A stretch of 64,000 nucleotides of DNA from Candidatus Uhrbacteria bacterium GW2011_GWE2_46_68. GTDB taxonomy: Bacteria; Patescibacteriota; Patescibacteriia; UBA9934; GWF2-40-263. The stretch covers positions 8,170-72,169 of the forward strand of contig LCMS01000007.1 in the NCBI GenBank assembly GCA_001002765.1. Reading direction: 5' to 3'. A program made the position numbers and the translations under genes. Positions 20,975 to 30,630 of the stretch are shown here, piece by piece (position 1 is the stretch's first letter; every line of letters begins with the position of its first letter). The notes beneath the pieces are model-generated. The model had not been told where the DNA came from and did not search any database. It saw only the letters and a program-made list of their open reading frames with translations.

Positions 20975-21759
20975 ACATTCTTTTCCTCTTTTTTTCTTAC
21001 AAATAGCTTTCGTATTGTATCCCAAATAACCAGGGTCGGGAAGATGATCACAGCTGTAAAAATGCGCTTTAAACGTTTAGGTTCACACCAAAGTCTCCAT
21101 AACCATTCAAACCCAAAACGTTGAAAAATTTTTGGAGCGCGTTTTATTTTTCCTGATAAAAAATCAAATGCTCCTCCTACGCCCACGGCGATTTTTACGG
21201 ACGGGAAAAAATCCTTATGTCCTAAAATCCAACGTTCTTGTTTTTCGTGACCCAAAGCCACAAATAAAATATCCGGCTGTACTTCTTGAATGCGCCCCAC
21301 CACTTGAGCGTCTTCTTTAAACTTCCATTCTCCTTCTTTATACAAAAGTTCTCCCCCGCTTTCGCCAAAAATTTGAAGATGAGGAAAGTTCACATGAAGC
21401 TTCTGCAGGGTTAGCCCGATAACCTCATCTGTTGATCCCAAAAGAAAAACCGTTTTTTTATGTAAAGCCGCATACATAAGTAGCGCATGTATGATGTCAT
21501 TTCCTGTCAGACGTTGAAGCCCTCTTCCCTGTGTGAGAAAAACGAGCCAGGAAACTCCTACCCCATCGGCAACGCACAGAGACATTTTTTGAAGCGCTTG
21601 TTGAAATTCCTTATGATTATGAGAGGCGACAAGCATCTCGGGATTAACGGTCGCAATCGCGTGAAACCCGGGATCATCAAAAAAACTTAAAAGGAGTTCG
21701 TGAATTTTTTCTCGCGAAAGAGCACAGACGGGAATATCGAGTACACATGTTTTTTTCAT
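20971..21759 (-). CDS. WecB/TagA/CpsF-family glycosyltransferase
   Basis: 262 aa; GFEWLWRL motif diagnostic of the family. Confidence 0.8.
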   Translation of the reverse strand: MKKTCVLDIPVCALSREKIHELLLSFFDDPGFHAIATVNPEMLVASHNHKEFQQALQKMSLCVADGVGVSWLVFLTQGRGLQRLTGNDIIHALLMYAALHKKTVFLLGSTDEVIGLTLQKLHVNFPHLQIFGESGGELLYKEGEWKFKEDAQVVGRIQEVQPDILFVALGHEKQERWILGHKDFFPSVKIAVGVGGAFDFLSGKIKRAPKIFQRFGFEWLWRLWCEPKRLKRIFTAVIIFPTLVIWDTIRKLFVRKKEEKNV

Positions 21760-22298
21760 AAAGGAAACGAGGCGAGTGTCTCATACAAACTTCCCGCAGG
21801 CGTGAGTTTGCTTTTCATCAGCTCAAAAGAGGTGACAGAAAAAGAAAGAGGCGACCATGGTATTTTTTCCGGCTGCAAAACTTCGGACTGAACTTTTACG
21901 CGCCCCAAAGTGATATGAGGAGTCCAAGGTCTTGTATCCACAGAAAGACCCATACCCACAAGGACATCAGCCAAACGTTTATAAAGCCCTAATGCTTGCG
22001 TCGGTAAAGAAGTGGAAACAAGCAAGGTGTGTGGTTGCTTTTTATGGGGAAACGCTCCGACTTCTTTCAAAGTCAAAAAAAATTCTTCCGGGTAGCTGCG
22101 CGCGGCCAACTGTTCCCTCAATATCACCTCTAAAACTCTTTTTTCTTCCACTAAAAAATGTAAGGTGACATGAAAATTTTCAGGTTCTACCCAAGAAACC
22201 TTGCTATATACCATCTGTATCCGCATCGCTTCCTTTATTTTTGACAACTCTTGTTTGACTTCGGAAGGAAGATTGATTGCTAAAAATAATCGCCACAT
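21756..22298 (-). CDS. thpR: RNA 2',3'-cyclic phosphodiesterase (2H family, LigT/ThpR)
   Basis: Two H-x-T-x motifs (HVTLHFL, HITLGRV); start taken at MWRLFLAINLP. Confidence 0.8.
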   Translation of the reverse strand: MWRLFLAINLPSEVKQELSKIKEAMRIQMVYSKVSWVEPENFHVTLHFLVEEKRVLEVILREQLAARSYPEEFFLTLKEVGAFPHKKQPHTLLVSTSLPTQALGLYKRLADVLVGMGLSVDTRPWTPHITLGRVKVQSEVLQPEKIPWSPLSFSVTSFELMKSKLTPAGSLYETLASFPL

Positions 22299-22325
22299 AA
22301 TTCTGTAAATCAGTGTACCAAATTT

Positions 22326-22366
22326 TTGACAATCGTGATCTGGCACTCTATACTTGAGAGTGCTAA
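22326..22366 (+). promoter_or_regulatory. clpB promoter (TTGACA-17-TATACT) overlapped by a CIRCE-like inverted repeat
   Basis: -35 at 22326-22331, -10 at 22349-22354. CTGGCACTC-N9-GAGTGCTAA (22340-22366) matches CIRCE TTAGCACTC-N9-GAGTGCTAA (right half 9/9, left 7/9, N9 exact length). ATG at 22382. Confidence 0.65.
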
Positions 22367-22381
22367 ATTCATTGTTTTTTT

Positions 22382-25015
22382 ATGATTCCAAACAATTTTA
22401 CCCACAAGGCACAAGAAGCGATCCAAAATGCCCATAACTTGGGTGTGGAAAACGGACAACAAGGTGTAGACCCCATTCATCTGCTTGCCGTTCTCGTGAG
22501 TCAAGATGACGGGGTGGTAACCGCCGTCGTCAATAAAATCACTCCACAACTGACCGATCTGCGTGCCAATATCGATAATATTCTCGAAGGCCTTCCAAAA
22601 TCCGCGCATCATACACAAGGAGGTTTGGGTCAAGTTTTTCTTTCTCCCGATGTCGTTCGTGCATTTCAACAAGCGCATAAAAAAGCAAAAGGGTTTGGAG
22701 ATGAGTTTATTTCAACCGAACATTTGCTCTTGGGTCTTCTTGTGATCAAACCAATCAACAGTCTTCTGGCTCGTTATGAAGTAACAGAGGAGACCATCAT
22801 GCAAGCGCTCAAAGATATTCGCGGCAATCAAAAAGTGGATTCTCCCGAGCCGGAATCTCGTTATCAAGCGCTTGAAAAATATAGTTTGAACTTAACTGAA
22901 ATGGCGCGTAAAGGCGAGCTTGATCCCATCGTCGGACGCGATGCGGAAATCCGGCGTGTCATGCAGGTTCTTTCCCGTCGCACAAAAAATAATCCTGTTT
23001 TGATCGGAGAAGCCGGGGTGGGAAAAACCGCCATTGTCGAAGGGCTCGCGCAGCGCATTGTCGCCGGAGATGTCCCCGAAATGCTCAAAGATAAAGAAAT
23101 CGTTTCTCTGGATTTGGGATCCATGGTTGCCGGAACAAAATATCGTGGAGAATTTGAAGATAGGCTTAAGGCAGTCATCAAAGAAATCGAGCAATCCGCA
23201 GGCAAAATGATTCTCTTTATTGATGAGCTCCATACCCTGGTGGGTGCGGGCACATCCGAGGGAAGCCCTTTGGATGCCTCTAACATGCTTAAACCATCTT
23301 TGGCGCGCGGTAAGCTCCATGCCATTGGCGCCACGACCATCAAAGAATATCAAAAACATATCGAGAAAGATCAGGCTCTCGAACGTCGCTTTCAGCCTGT
23401 CGTTGTGGAAGAACCATCAGTTGAAGATACCATCGCTATTTTGCGCGGTATTAAAGAAAAATATGAGGTACACCACGGGGTGCGCATCAGTGATCCCGCC
23501 TTGATCGCCGCCTCTGAACTTTCTCATCGTTATATCACGGATCGTTTTCTTCCCGATAAAGCCGTGGATTTGATCGATGAAGCCAGCTCGGCCTTGCGTA
23601 TGCAAATTGATTCCATGCCCGAAGAACTTGATATCATGAAACGCGATTTGATGCGCCTCGAAATCGAGCGCAAAGCTCTCGAAAGCGAAGAAGATAAACA
23701 TTCCAAAGAACGCAAAAAAGAAATTGAAGAACAAATCGCAAACCTGCGTGAAAAAACCGATGCGCTGGAAGGCAAATGGAAAAATGAAAAAGAAAAGATT
23801 ACGGCGATTCGTACCATTAAATCCGAAATTGAAAAACTCCGTGCCGAAGCTGAAATACAAGAACGCAAAGGAGACTTGGAAATGGTGGCAAAAATTCGTT
23901 ATGCGCAAATTCCGGAAGCGGAACGAAAATTAACCGACGCTACAAAATCCCTTGCACGTTTACAAAAAGAACGCGGCATTTTGAAAGAAGTGATTTCTGA
24001 AGAAGACATTGCTAACGTTGTTTCCCGCTGGGTGCATATCCCGGTTTCCAAAATGTTGGAATCCGAATTGCAAAAACTCACTCACATGGAAGAAGAGCTG
24101 CAAAAACGCGTGGTGGGTCAAAAGGAAGCCATTCTTGCTGTCAGCAACGCTCTACGTCGTTCTCGAGCCGGCATTGCTGAGGAAAATCGCCCCATAGGCT
24201 CTTTTATCTTCTTGGGTCCCACAGGGGTGGGAAAAACCGAGCTGGCACGCGCCTTAGCCGAATTCATGTTTCATGATGAATCCGCCTTGATCCGCCTCGA
24301 CATGTCCGAATATATGGAAAAACACGCTGTGTCCAAAATGATCGGATCCCCTCCCGGTTATGTGGGCTATGACGAAGGTGGGCAGTTAACCGAACTTGTG
24401 CGCCGCAAACCCTATTCGGTTCTCTTGTTTGATGAAGTGGAAAAAGCGCATCCCGATACGTTCAATATCCTGCTTCAAATCATGGATGATGGGCACTTAA
24501 CCGATGCTAAGGGCCGTAAAGTCAATTTCAAAAACACCATCATTATCATGACGAGCAATATCGCGACAGATCTCATCCAACACACGGGGCATGCCATGGG
24601 CACCATGGGATTTGTAAGCGAGGAGGGCGAGGAAGAAAAACAATCCAAAGAAATGATCATGGAACGCATGAAAGAACATTTTCGCCCAGAATTCTTGAAC
24701 CGTCTGGATGAAATCATCGTCTTTCACTCTCTCGCTGAGGATCAAATCGCGGATATTGTGGAACTGCAAATCAAGCGCGTGGCTACCCGTCTTGTAAAAC
24801 AAAGAGATATCGAGCTCATTGTCACTCCAGCCGCCAAAAAACTTCTGGCCAAGAAGGGGTATGAACCCGCTTATGGGGCTCGTCCGCTCAAACGTGTGAT
24901 CCAACATTTGATTCTCGATCCTCTCTCTTTGCAAATCGTCAGTGGAGAAGTGAAAGGAGGAGCCAAAGTAACGATCGGAGCCAAAGGAGAAGAAATCGCA
25001 ATCACAACAAAATAA
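22382..25015 (+). CDS. clpB: ATP-dependent chaperone ClpB
   Basis: 877 aa; Clp N-domain, two AAA+ modules ([16 protein letters not shown]), long middle coiled-coil. Confidence 0.97.
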   Translation: MIPNNFTHKAQEAIQNAHNLGVENGQQGVDPIHLLAVLVSQDDGVVTAVVNKITPQLTDLRANIDNILEGLPKSAHHTQGGLGQVFLSPDVVRAFQQAHKKAKGFGDEFISTEHLLLGLLVIKPINSLLARYEVTEETIMQALKDIRGNQKVDSPEPESRYQALEKYSLNLTEMARKGELDPIVGRDAEIRRVMQVLSRRTKNNPVLIGEAGVGKTAIVEGLAQRIVAGDVPEMLKDKEIVSLDLGSMVAGTKYRGEFEDRLKAVIKEIEQSAGKMILFIDELHTLVGAGTSEGSPLDASNMLKPSLARGKLHAIGATTIKEYQKHIEKDQALERRFQPVVVEEPSVEDTIAILRGIKEKYEVHHGVRISDPALIAASELSHRYITDRFLPDKAVDLIDEASSALRMQIDSMPEELDIMKRDLMRLEIERKALESEEDKHSKERKKEIEEQIANLREKTDALEGKWKNEKEKITAIRTIKSEIEKLRAEAEIQERKGDLEMVAKIRYAQIPEAERKLTDATKSLARLQKERGILKEVISEEDIANVVSRWVHIPVSKMLESELQKLTHMEEELQKRVVGQKEAILAVSNALRRSRAGIAEENRPIGSFIFLGPTGVGKTELARALAEFMFHDESALIRLDMSEYMEKHAVSKMIGSPPGYVGYDEGGQLTELVRRKPYSVLLFDEVEKAHPDTFNILLQIMDDGHLTDAKGRKVNFKNTIIIMTSNIATDLIQHTGHAMGTMGFVSEEGEEEKQSKEMIMERMKEHFRPEFLNRLDEIIVFHSLAEDQIADIVELQIKRVATRLVKQRDIELIVTPAAKKLLAKKGYEPAYGARPLKRVIQHLILDPLSLQIVSGEVKGGAKVTIGAKGEEIAITTK

Positions 25016-25025
25016 TATTACTCAA

Positions 25026-25068
25026 GCAAAATTACCCGTCACACACGGGTGATTTTGCTCTTCATCTC
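25026..25068 (+). terminator. terminator after clpB
   Basis: Long hairpin gcaaaattacccgt-cacac-acgggtgattttgc followed by a T-rich tail. Confidence 0.5.
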
Positions 25069-25111
25069 TGAGGTGAGGTACAAAAAGAAAAACCTCTCCT
25101 ATGAGAGGTTT
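25069..25111 (-). terminator. Rho-independent terminator for the minus-strand beta-CA-like paralog B
   Basis: aaacctctc-ctatg-agaggttt hairpin; on the minus strand it is followed by TTTCTTTTTG, 4 nt after the stop at 25115. Confidence 0.6.
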
Positions 25112-25114
25112 GCG

Positions 25115-25525
25115 CTAGACAGGTTCTACACAAGTGATCCGATCGTTTTCCCCGATCACCGCAAAAAACATTAGAACGGTCAATGAGGGATAAGAGGTGG
25201 AAATCACCTCTTTTGCTTTTTGCATTTGCTCGATATGCATGGCTTTTTCTTCTTCCAAAGAAGCAAACATCCTGCTTCCACCATAGGCTCCGCAATCGGA
25301 ATGATGCATCAAATGCACTTCGGTGATTTCATGAAGTTTTACGGATAGTCCGATTTGGGTCATGACAAACCCTTGCGGATCATCCACGATATTTTTTGCC
25401 GCTCCGGCAATCGAGATCACATCAATGTCGTGCAGAAGATTTTGTGCACGTACATAATCCGTGAGTTCCGGATCCAGCCGAAAATCCATACAACGCACCA
25501 AGGCGGCTTTGCAGGTATGAGACAT
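25115..25525 (-). CDS. compact Cab-type beta-carbonic-anhydrase-like protein (paralog B)
   Basis: 136 aa; protein near-identical over most of its length and ~93% nt identical to paralog A where compared (diverges only over the last ~16 residues); same CMDFR / HHSDCG motifs; opposite orientation. Confidence 0.7.
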   Translation of the reverse strand: MSHTCKAALVRCMDFRLDPELTDYVRAQNLLHDIDVISIAGAAKNIVDDPQGFVMTQIGLSVKLHEITEVHLMHHSDCGAYGGSRMFASLEEEKAMHIEQMQKAKEVISTSYPSLTVLMFFAVIGENDRITCVEPV

Positions 25526-25539
25526 AGGAGGACCTCGTT

Positions 25540-26160
25540 CTAAAAGAAGTTGCTCATTTTGGTCAAAAGCGATGGTTCATCCGCAGGGCGTGGAAACGCA
25601 GCGATCACACCTGCTTTGACAGGCTGTACTGTAAAAACAACGGGTTCTTCTCCTACAATACCAACTGGGGTTACAAAAACCGACTGGCCACCTTTGATAT
25701 GAGGCGTCATCCGAACAACCGTGATCTCGTTGCCAGACACTTTCTCGCGTTCGGCAGGTGGGGAAACAAGAAACTCAATCGTATAATCAGATGTTTCCGA
25801 TACATGATTATCTTTCAAAAACCAATCCGGCGGGATGAGCGCGCAGGTGTCCATGGAAAATTCTTCCAAAACAACATTGGCGTTCATAAACACATCCCCG
25901 TGAGCGTTATAAAGGACGATCCATCCGGAGAGAGCCGAAGGAAATTCCCAATTGGTGGTAGACTTGTGCACGCAAATCGCCACTTCGATATCTCCCGGCC
26001 TGGTTTCTTCGCTTGTGACCGGATCTGATTTGCCGCATCCGGGAAAGAGGAAGATCCCAGCTCCAATAATGATGCAGAAAAACAGACCAACGATCACCAC
26101 CCGAATCCAAATGGGAACATCGGTTTTTCCATTTTCGTCTACGAAAAAGCGAAAGCACAT
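25540..26160 (-). CDS. membrane-anchored hypothetical protein
   Basis: Start taken at MCFRFF (the ORF could extend to 26241); one N-terminal TM helix (VVIVGLFFCIIIGAGIFLF), then a ~150-aa extracytoplasmic domain; immediately upstream of paralog B on the same strand. Confidence 0.5.
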   Translation of the reverse strand: MCFRFFVDENGKTDVPIWIRVVIVGLFFCIIIGAGIFLFPGCGKSDPVTSEETRPGDIEVAICVHKSTTNWEFPSALSGWIVLYNAHGDVFMNANVVLEEFSMDTCALIPPDWFLKDNHVSETSDYTIEFLVSPPAEREKVSGNEITVVRMTPHIKGGQSVFVTPVGIVGEEPVVFTVQPVKAGVIAAFPRPADEPSLLTKMSNFF

Positions 26161-26336
26161 GGTCTCTCCTGTGTAGGGACGGGGGGTTTCCTCGCCCATG
26201 TATTTTGAATTTTGTGTAGATTGAAAAGAACAACTCACCACAAAAGTGATAGCTCACTATGTTTGAAAACCGCTATTTTGTCAATGGAAAAATACAAAAA
26301 ATCCTTCAAAAATAAGCAAAAAAGTAAAAGCTGATC

Positions 26337-26346
26337 CATGTTATAA
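26337..26346 (+). promoter_or_regulatory. extended -10 promoter element (TGtTATAAT)
   Basis: TGTTATAAT ends 9 nt before ATG 26356, so the transcript may be near-leaderless; weak -35. Confidence 0.4.
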
Positions 26347-26355
26347 TAGAACCAT

Positions 26356-27768
26356 ATGCGTCAATGGATTGCTTTTTTAAGTGTTGTCTCCATTTGTACT
26401 TCTCTTACTCCCCTCCCCCTCTTTGCAGAAACCGAGGTGGATTACAATTATCTTCTCGGGGACGATGAACTCACGGATATGACGGCCATGGATTTTGAAA
26501 CCCTCGAGGCCTTCTTAACTCGCGGGTCACTTGCAGACTATGAAACCGAGGATGTAAATGGACATTGGGAATCTGCCGCTCAAGTTATTTGGGATTCTGC
26601 TCAAGCATTTGATCTCAACCCGCAATTCATCTTGACGATGTTGCAAAAAGAACAAAGTCTCATTGAGGATCCTGATCCATCACAAGATCAGCTCGCATGG
26701 GCCATGGGCTATGCGGTTTGTGACGATTGTTCCAAATCTGATCCTTTTATTCAAAAATACAAAGGCTTTGGTAATCAAATCTATTACGCATCCAAGCGCA
26801 TTCGTGAATCTTTTTTGGATGATCTGGAATCTCGCGGTTATACCGAAAACGGTCTGGGACCCGGAATCGAAATCGAAATTGATGACATCTTGGTTGTGCC
26901 TGCCAATAATGCCACCTCGATTCTCTATGCCTACACACCGCATCTTCAAGGTAATGAAAATTTTTCTTTAATCTGGGATCGTTGGTTCACTCACACCTAT
27001 CCAAGCGGTACTTTACTTCAAGACAAAGAAACCGGCGGCATCTGGTATATCCAATTTGGCCGACGTCGCGCCATCACCTCTCGATCTGCTTATCTATCCC
27101 GCTTCCCTACTCAACCGGTCATCGCGGTATCTGAATCTGTCATCAATCAATATCCCGAGGGTGATCCCATCAGTTTTCCTAACTACTCTCTCTTACGCTC
27201 TCCCCGAGGTACGGTGTATTTGATTGTGGATGATACGCGTCGAGGAATTGATTCCCAAGAGGCGTTCCGTGCTATTGGATTTAACTCGGACGAAATCATT
27301 GATGTGACATGGGACGATCTTGCTGTTTATGAAGAAGGAGAACCTATCACGATCGCTTCTGTCTCTCCCGGCGGATCTTTGATGCAAAACACGACAACCG
27401 GAGGAGTCTATTTTGTGGAAGAAGGAAAAAAATATCCGATCATGTCCAAACAAATTTTAAAAGCGCGTTTTGATGGATGGGCTATTTTTCCACAATCACC
27501 GGAGGATTTGGAAGCCTATCCCACAGGTGATTATGTCACCTTCCCCGATGGAACCTTGGTCTTAGCCGAAGGATCACCTGACGTCTTTGTGATCTCCGAA
27601 GGTAAACGCCGCCTGATTCCGGATGAATCCACTTTTTTGGCTTATGGCTGGGAGTGGCCACAAATCATCGTAACCAACGAACGCTCAGTTCTCCTCCAAT
27701 CTTTGGGAGAAGAAATACCTTCGATTTTAGATCAGTCTGAATCCACTATTTTTGATACGGCTTATTAA
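26356..27768 (+). CDS. secreted protein with four ~55-aa C-terminal repeats (putative cell-envelope binding)
   Basis: Signal peptide (MRQWIAFLSVVSICTSLTPLPLFA). Four degenerate repeats of the form G-T/S-L...GG-I/V-Y/W...G-K/R-R-R-x-I (GTLLQDKETGGIWYIQFGRRRAI, GTVYLIVDDTRRGI, GSLMQNTTTGGVYFVEEGKKYPI, GTLVLAEGSPDVFVISEGKRRLI). Stop overlaps the first paralog. Confidence 0.6.
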   Translation: MRQWIAFLSVVSICTSLTPLPLFAETEVDYNYLLGDDELTDMTAMDFETLEAFLTRGSLADYETEDVNGHWESAAQVIWDSAQAFDLNPQFILTMLQKEQSLIEDPDPSQDQLAWAMGYAVCDDCSKSDPFIQKYKGFGNQIYYASKRIRESFLDDLESRGYTENGLGPGIEIEIDDILVVPANNATSILYAYTPHLQGNENFSLIWDRWFTHTYPSGTLLQDKETGGIWYIQFGRRRAITSRSAYLSRFPTQPVIAVSESVINQYPEGDPISFPNYSLLRSPRGTVYLIVDDTRRGIDSQEAFRAIGFNSDEIIDVTWDDLAVYEEGEPITIASVSPGGSLMQNTTTGGVYFVEEGKKYPIMSKQILKARFDGWAIFPQSPEDLEAYPTGDYVTFPDGTLVLAEGSPDVFVISEGKRRLIPDESTFLAYGWEWPQIIVTNERSVLLQSLGEEIPSILDQSESTIFDTAY

Positions 27769-27775
27769 GTCGCTT

Positions 27776-29149
27776 ATGTTTCCTTTTTCACACTCTTCCC
27801 GTCGCGATGGTATAGATCGATCACCTTCCGAATCCGTCGCTCATCCCTTTGCCGCCCCTGCGGAGGCAGTCCCGCCTGTGGCGGATCCCGCCGTAGGCGG
27901 GAGGGTCCGGCGTACTTCGGCAAACCTAAGCGAAGCCATCATGGATTCGGTTTCAAGTGTCCGTGATTCTCTTCACGAACGTTATCGCTCACACTTCAAT
28001 ATTCTCCGCAGGGAGATTATTGATTTTACAAAAGCTCACGACATTCCAATAGAATCTCTTGCCAAACCAGATCTCCTCCGTGAAGCTGCCGGCAAACTCT
28101 CCACCCAAGATCTTGAGCGACTTGCCAATCTTCTTGAACGCTTTGAGTACCTCATTGTCAAAAAAGAACCTGGGAAAGAAAAACTCCCCGAACATCTTCA
28201 AGAAATTGAGCGTCTTTACCATCTTGAGGATCAATACACTTCCCAAGTGACATTTCTTGAATACGTAGGGATTCTCAAAGAAGGAGCCATTATTGGGATA
28301 GATGGTCACGAGTACCCCATCCCAAAGCTTGAACAAATAGCTCTCCGTCTATTTGAACGCCGTGGCGAACTTTCCGCTAAGCACGACCAAGGTTTTACCA
28401 AACTTCTTTTGGTTCCTTTTGGAATGAACCTCGATATGCTTATCTCCACTCTCAAACAATTCCTTCTGGATTATAAAGGGTCCCATCCTGATTTTATGTT
28501 TGACACAGATGATCCCATCTCAAACATAAGAAAGCGCCTGAAAAGATCCGATACTACGGACACAGAAGCTTTTCAAAATGCAAATGGAGGAGATCATCAA
28601 GAACTTGTTTACTACCCACTGTTTTTTAATGAAAATCATCAAGGTAAAACAAAAACGAAAATCCTTGAAGATCAAAGTGTTAACCCAGCTTCCTTTCCTG
28701 GCTGGACAGTCCATTTGTTTCAACCTTCTGATCCTTCAAATCAACATTCCCTAGGCTTTGCCCCCATTCCCGAAGAAAAAGGAACAACCCAGGGAAATGA
28801 AATTCCTCGACAAGATTTGAAAACAGGAAAATACAGCTGTGAATATCTCGATATTCTTGGAAGTGCGAAACAACAAGATTCTCCTTATTGTCATGAATCC
28901 GGCCTCACCCCAGAGGACTGGATTAGTGCTTTCATGATGCATCTTCATGAAACCGGAAAACCTTTAGACGAGAATAAAAGTTGTTATCTTGTGGGAGCTT
29001 TTTTCCCTTCCCTTGGTATTCCGCGAGCTTCTTGGAGTATAGATTATATGGACGGGCGTAGTTATGGGAGTAATCGTGTATCTTTGAATATTCAATATAT
29101 TCACGGGACATCTTCTGACATAGGCTCTCGTTTTTCAGTGATTATTTAG
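27776..29149 (+). CDS. tandem paralog 1 of an unrecognised protein family
   Basis: ATG at 27776 (the ORF-track start at 27752 is TTG); conserved core EAIMDSVSSVRDSL...DLERLANLLERFEYL...GFTKLLLVPFGM shared with the next two genes; no signal peptide. Confidence 0.7.
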   Translation: MFPFSHSSRRDGIDRSPSESVAHPFAAPAEAVPPVADPAVGGRVRRTSANLSEAIMDSVSSVRDSLHERYRSHFNILRREIIDFTKAHDIPIESLAKPDLLREAAGKLSTQDLERLANLLERFEYLIVKKEPGKEKLPEHLQEIERLYHLEDQYTSQVTFLEYVGILKEGAIIGIDGHEYPIPKLEQIALRLFERRGELSAKHDQGFTKLLLVPFGMNLDMLISTLKQFLLDYKGSHPDFMFDTDDPISNIRKRLKRSDTTDTEAFQNANGGDHQELVYYPLFFNENHQGKTKTKILEDQSVNPASFPGWTVHLFQPSDPSNQHSLGFAPIPEEKGTTQGNEIPRQDLKTGKYSCEYLDILGSAKQQDSPYCHESGLTPEDWISAFMMHLHETGKPLDENKSCYLVGAFFPSLGIPRASWSIDYMDGRSYGSNRVSLNIQYIHGTSSDIGSRFSVII

Positions 29150-29157
29150 CTCTATTT

Positions 29158-30624
29158 ATGTCTCCTCTCCGTTCATCTTTCGAATCCACCCCATCCGTCA
29201 TCCCCACAGAGGCACATTCCTCCAATGACCGCCATCCCCGCGGAGGCGGGGATCCATCGTCTTCTGCGCTTCTTGGCGAAGCCATCATGGATTCTGTTTC
29301 AAGTGTCCGTGATTCTCTTCCCGAACGTTATCGCTCACACTTCAATATTCTCCGCAGCGAGATTATTGATTTCACAAAAGCTCACGGGATTCCAAAAGAA
29401 TCTCTTGGCAAGCCTGACCTCCTCCGCGAGGCGACCTGTAAACTTTCCACTTCAGATCTTGAACGACTTGCCAATCTTCTCGAACGCTTTGAGTATCTTG
29501 TGAAACACAAAGAACTCATGAAAGAAGACTATACTGAAGCCCTCGAGTATGTGGAGAAGTATTATCACCTCAAAAAGCAATACGATTCCCAAGTCTCCCT
29601 TCTTGAACAAGTAGGTATTCTTCATCCAAAGAAAAAATCAAAGCACATACAAAAACTTTCTACTTTTTTTCGCTCCCTTCTTCCTTATGGAAAAAAGAAA
29701 AGACCCGAAGTTTCAACTGTTCCTGAGACCCCAGAGATACTTTGTATAACTGGTATTGATGACAACGAGTATCCCATTCCCACACTTGAGCAGATTGCTT
29801 CTCGTCTCTTTGAGCGTCGTGAAACTCTAAAAACCAAACACGACCAAGGCTTTACCAAACTCCTCCTTGTTCCCTTTGGGATGAGTCTTGATAGTCTCCG
29901 AGAAACACTCAAACAATTCCTTCTTAAGTATAAGAAGGGTCATCCCTCTTTTGGTCTTGATACTGATAATCCTCTCTACACATGGTTAAACTATCAGGGA
30001 GCAGACATGGGGGATTTCCCAAACCTTGTCTATTATCCACAGTTTCTTACAAAAAAAGGTCATGGAGGGAAGACAAAAGCACAGATACTCAAAGAACAAT
30101 CCGAAGGACAATGGACCCCTGCCTTCGCAGGGGTGGCAGGAGGGAGTGGAACAAGGTTCCATGGCTGGATCGTTCATCTTCTCCAACCATCAAACCCAGA
30201 CTCACAAGACATCGAAGTTCCCATGGGCTTTGCCCTTATTCCTCGTGAAGGCCAAGAAACACCCAAAGGTGACCTCACCCCTCGTCCTTCTCTTGAAGCA
30301 GGTAAATCTCCTGATGAATATCTTTCCATTCTTCAAAAAGCTCAAGATGACAAAGGCTCTCCCTATCATGGTGAAACAGGCATGACTCCCGAAGATTGGA
30401 TCATGGCCTTTATGCTTCATCTTTCTGAAACAGGAAAACCACTGGACAACTTTGCAAATGGCATGGAGAGCATCTCTTACCTTACGGGAGCTTTTTTTCT
30501 TTCTTCCAGCCTTGTGCCAGGCGTGTATTGGAGCAGTGTTGATGATGGTCGGGCTTTTCTTGGCGGGGACGGATATTACGATCGAGCCAGCAATTTCGGC
30601 GCGCGATCTTCGGTGATCGTTTAA
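29158..30624 (+). CDS. tandem paralog 2 of the same family
   Basis: 488 aa; starts 8 nt after paralog 1; ends ...ARSSVIV-stop. Confidence 0.75.
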   Translation: MSPLRSSFESTPSVIPTEAHSSNDRHPRGGGDPSSSALLGEAIMDSVSSVRDSLPERYRSHFNILRSEIIDFTKAHGIPKESLGKPDLLREATCKLSTSDLERLANLLERFEYLVKHKELMKEDYTEALEYVEKYYHLKKQYDSQVSLLEQVGILHPKKKSKHIQKLSTFFRSLLPYGKKKRPEVSTVPETPEILCITGIDDNEYPIPTLEQIASRLFERRETLKTKHDQGFTKLLLVPFGMSLDSLRETLKQFLLKYKKGHPSFGLDTDNPLYTWLNYQGADMGDFPNLVYYPQFLTKKGHGGKTKAQILKEQSEGQWTPAFAGVAGGSGTRFHGWIVHLLQPSNPDSQDIEVPMGFALIPREGQETPKGDLTPRPSLEAGKSPDEYLSILQKAQDDKGSPYHGETGMTPEDWIMAFMLHLSETGKPLDNFANGMESISYLTGAFFLSSSLVPGVYWSSVDDGRAFLGGDGYYDRASNFGARSSVIV

Positions 30625-30630
30625 TCTTTG

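Noticed and set aside
22864-23908. Antisense ORFs of 155-163 aa within clpB
   Set aside because: They lie opposite a highly conserved 877-aa gene. Typical shadow ORFs.
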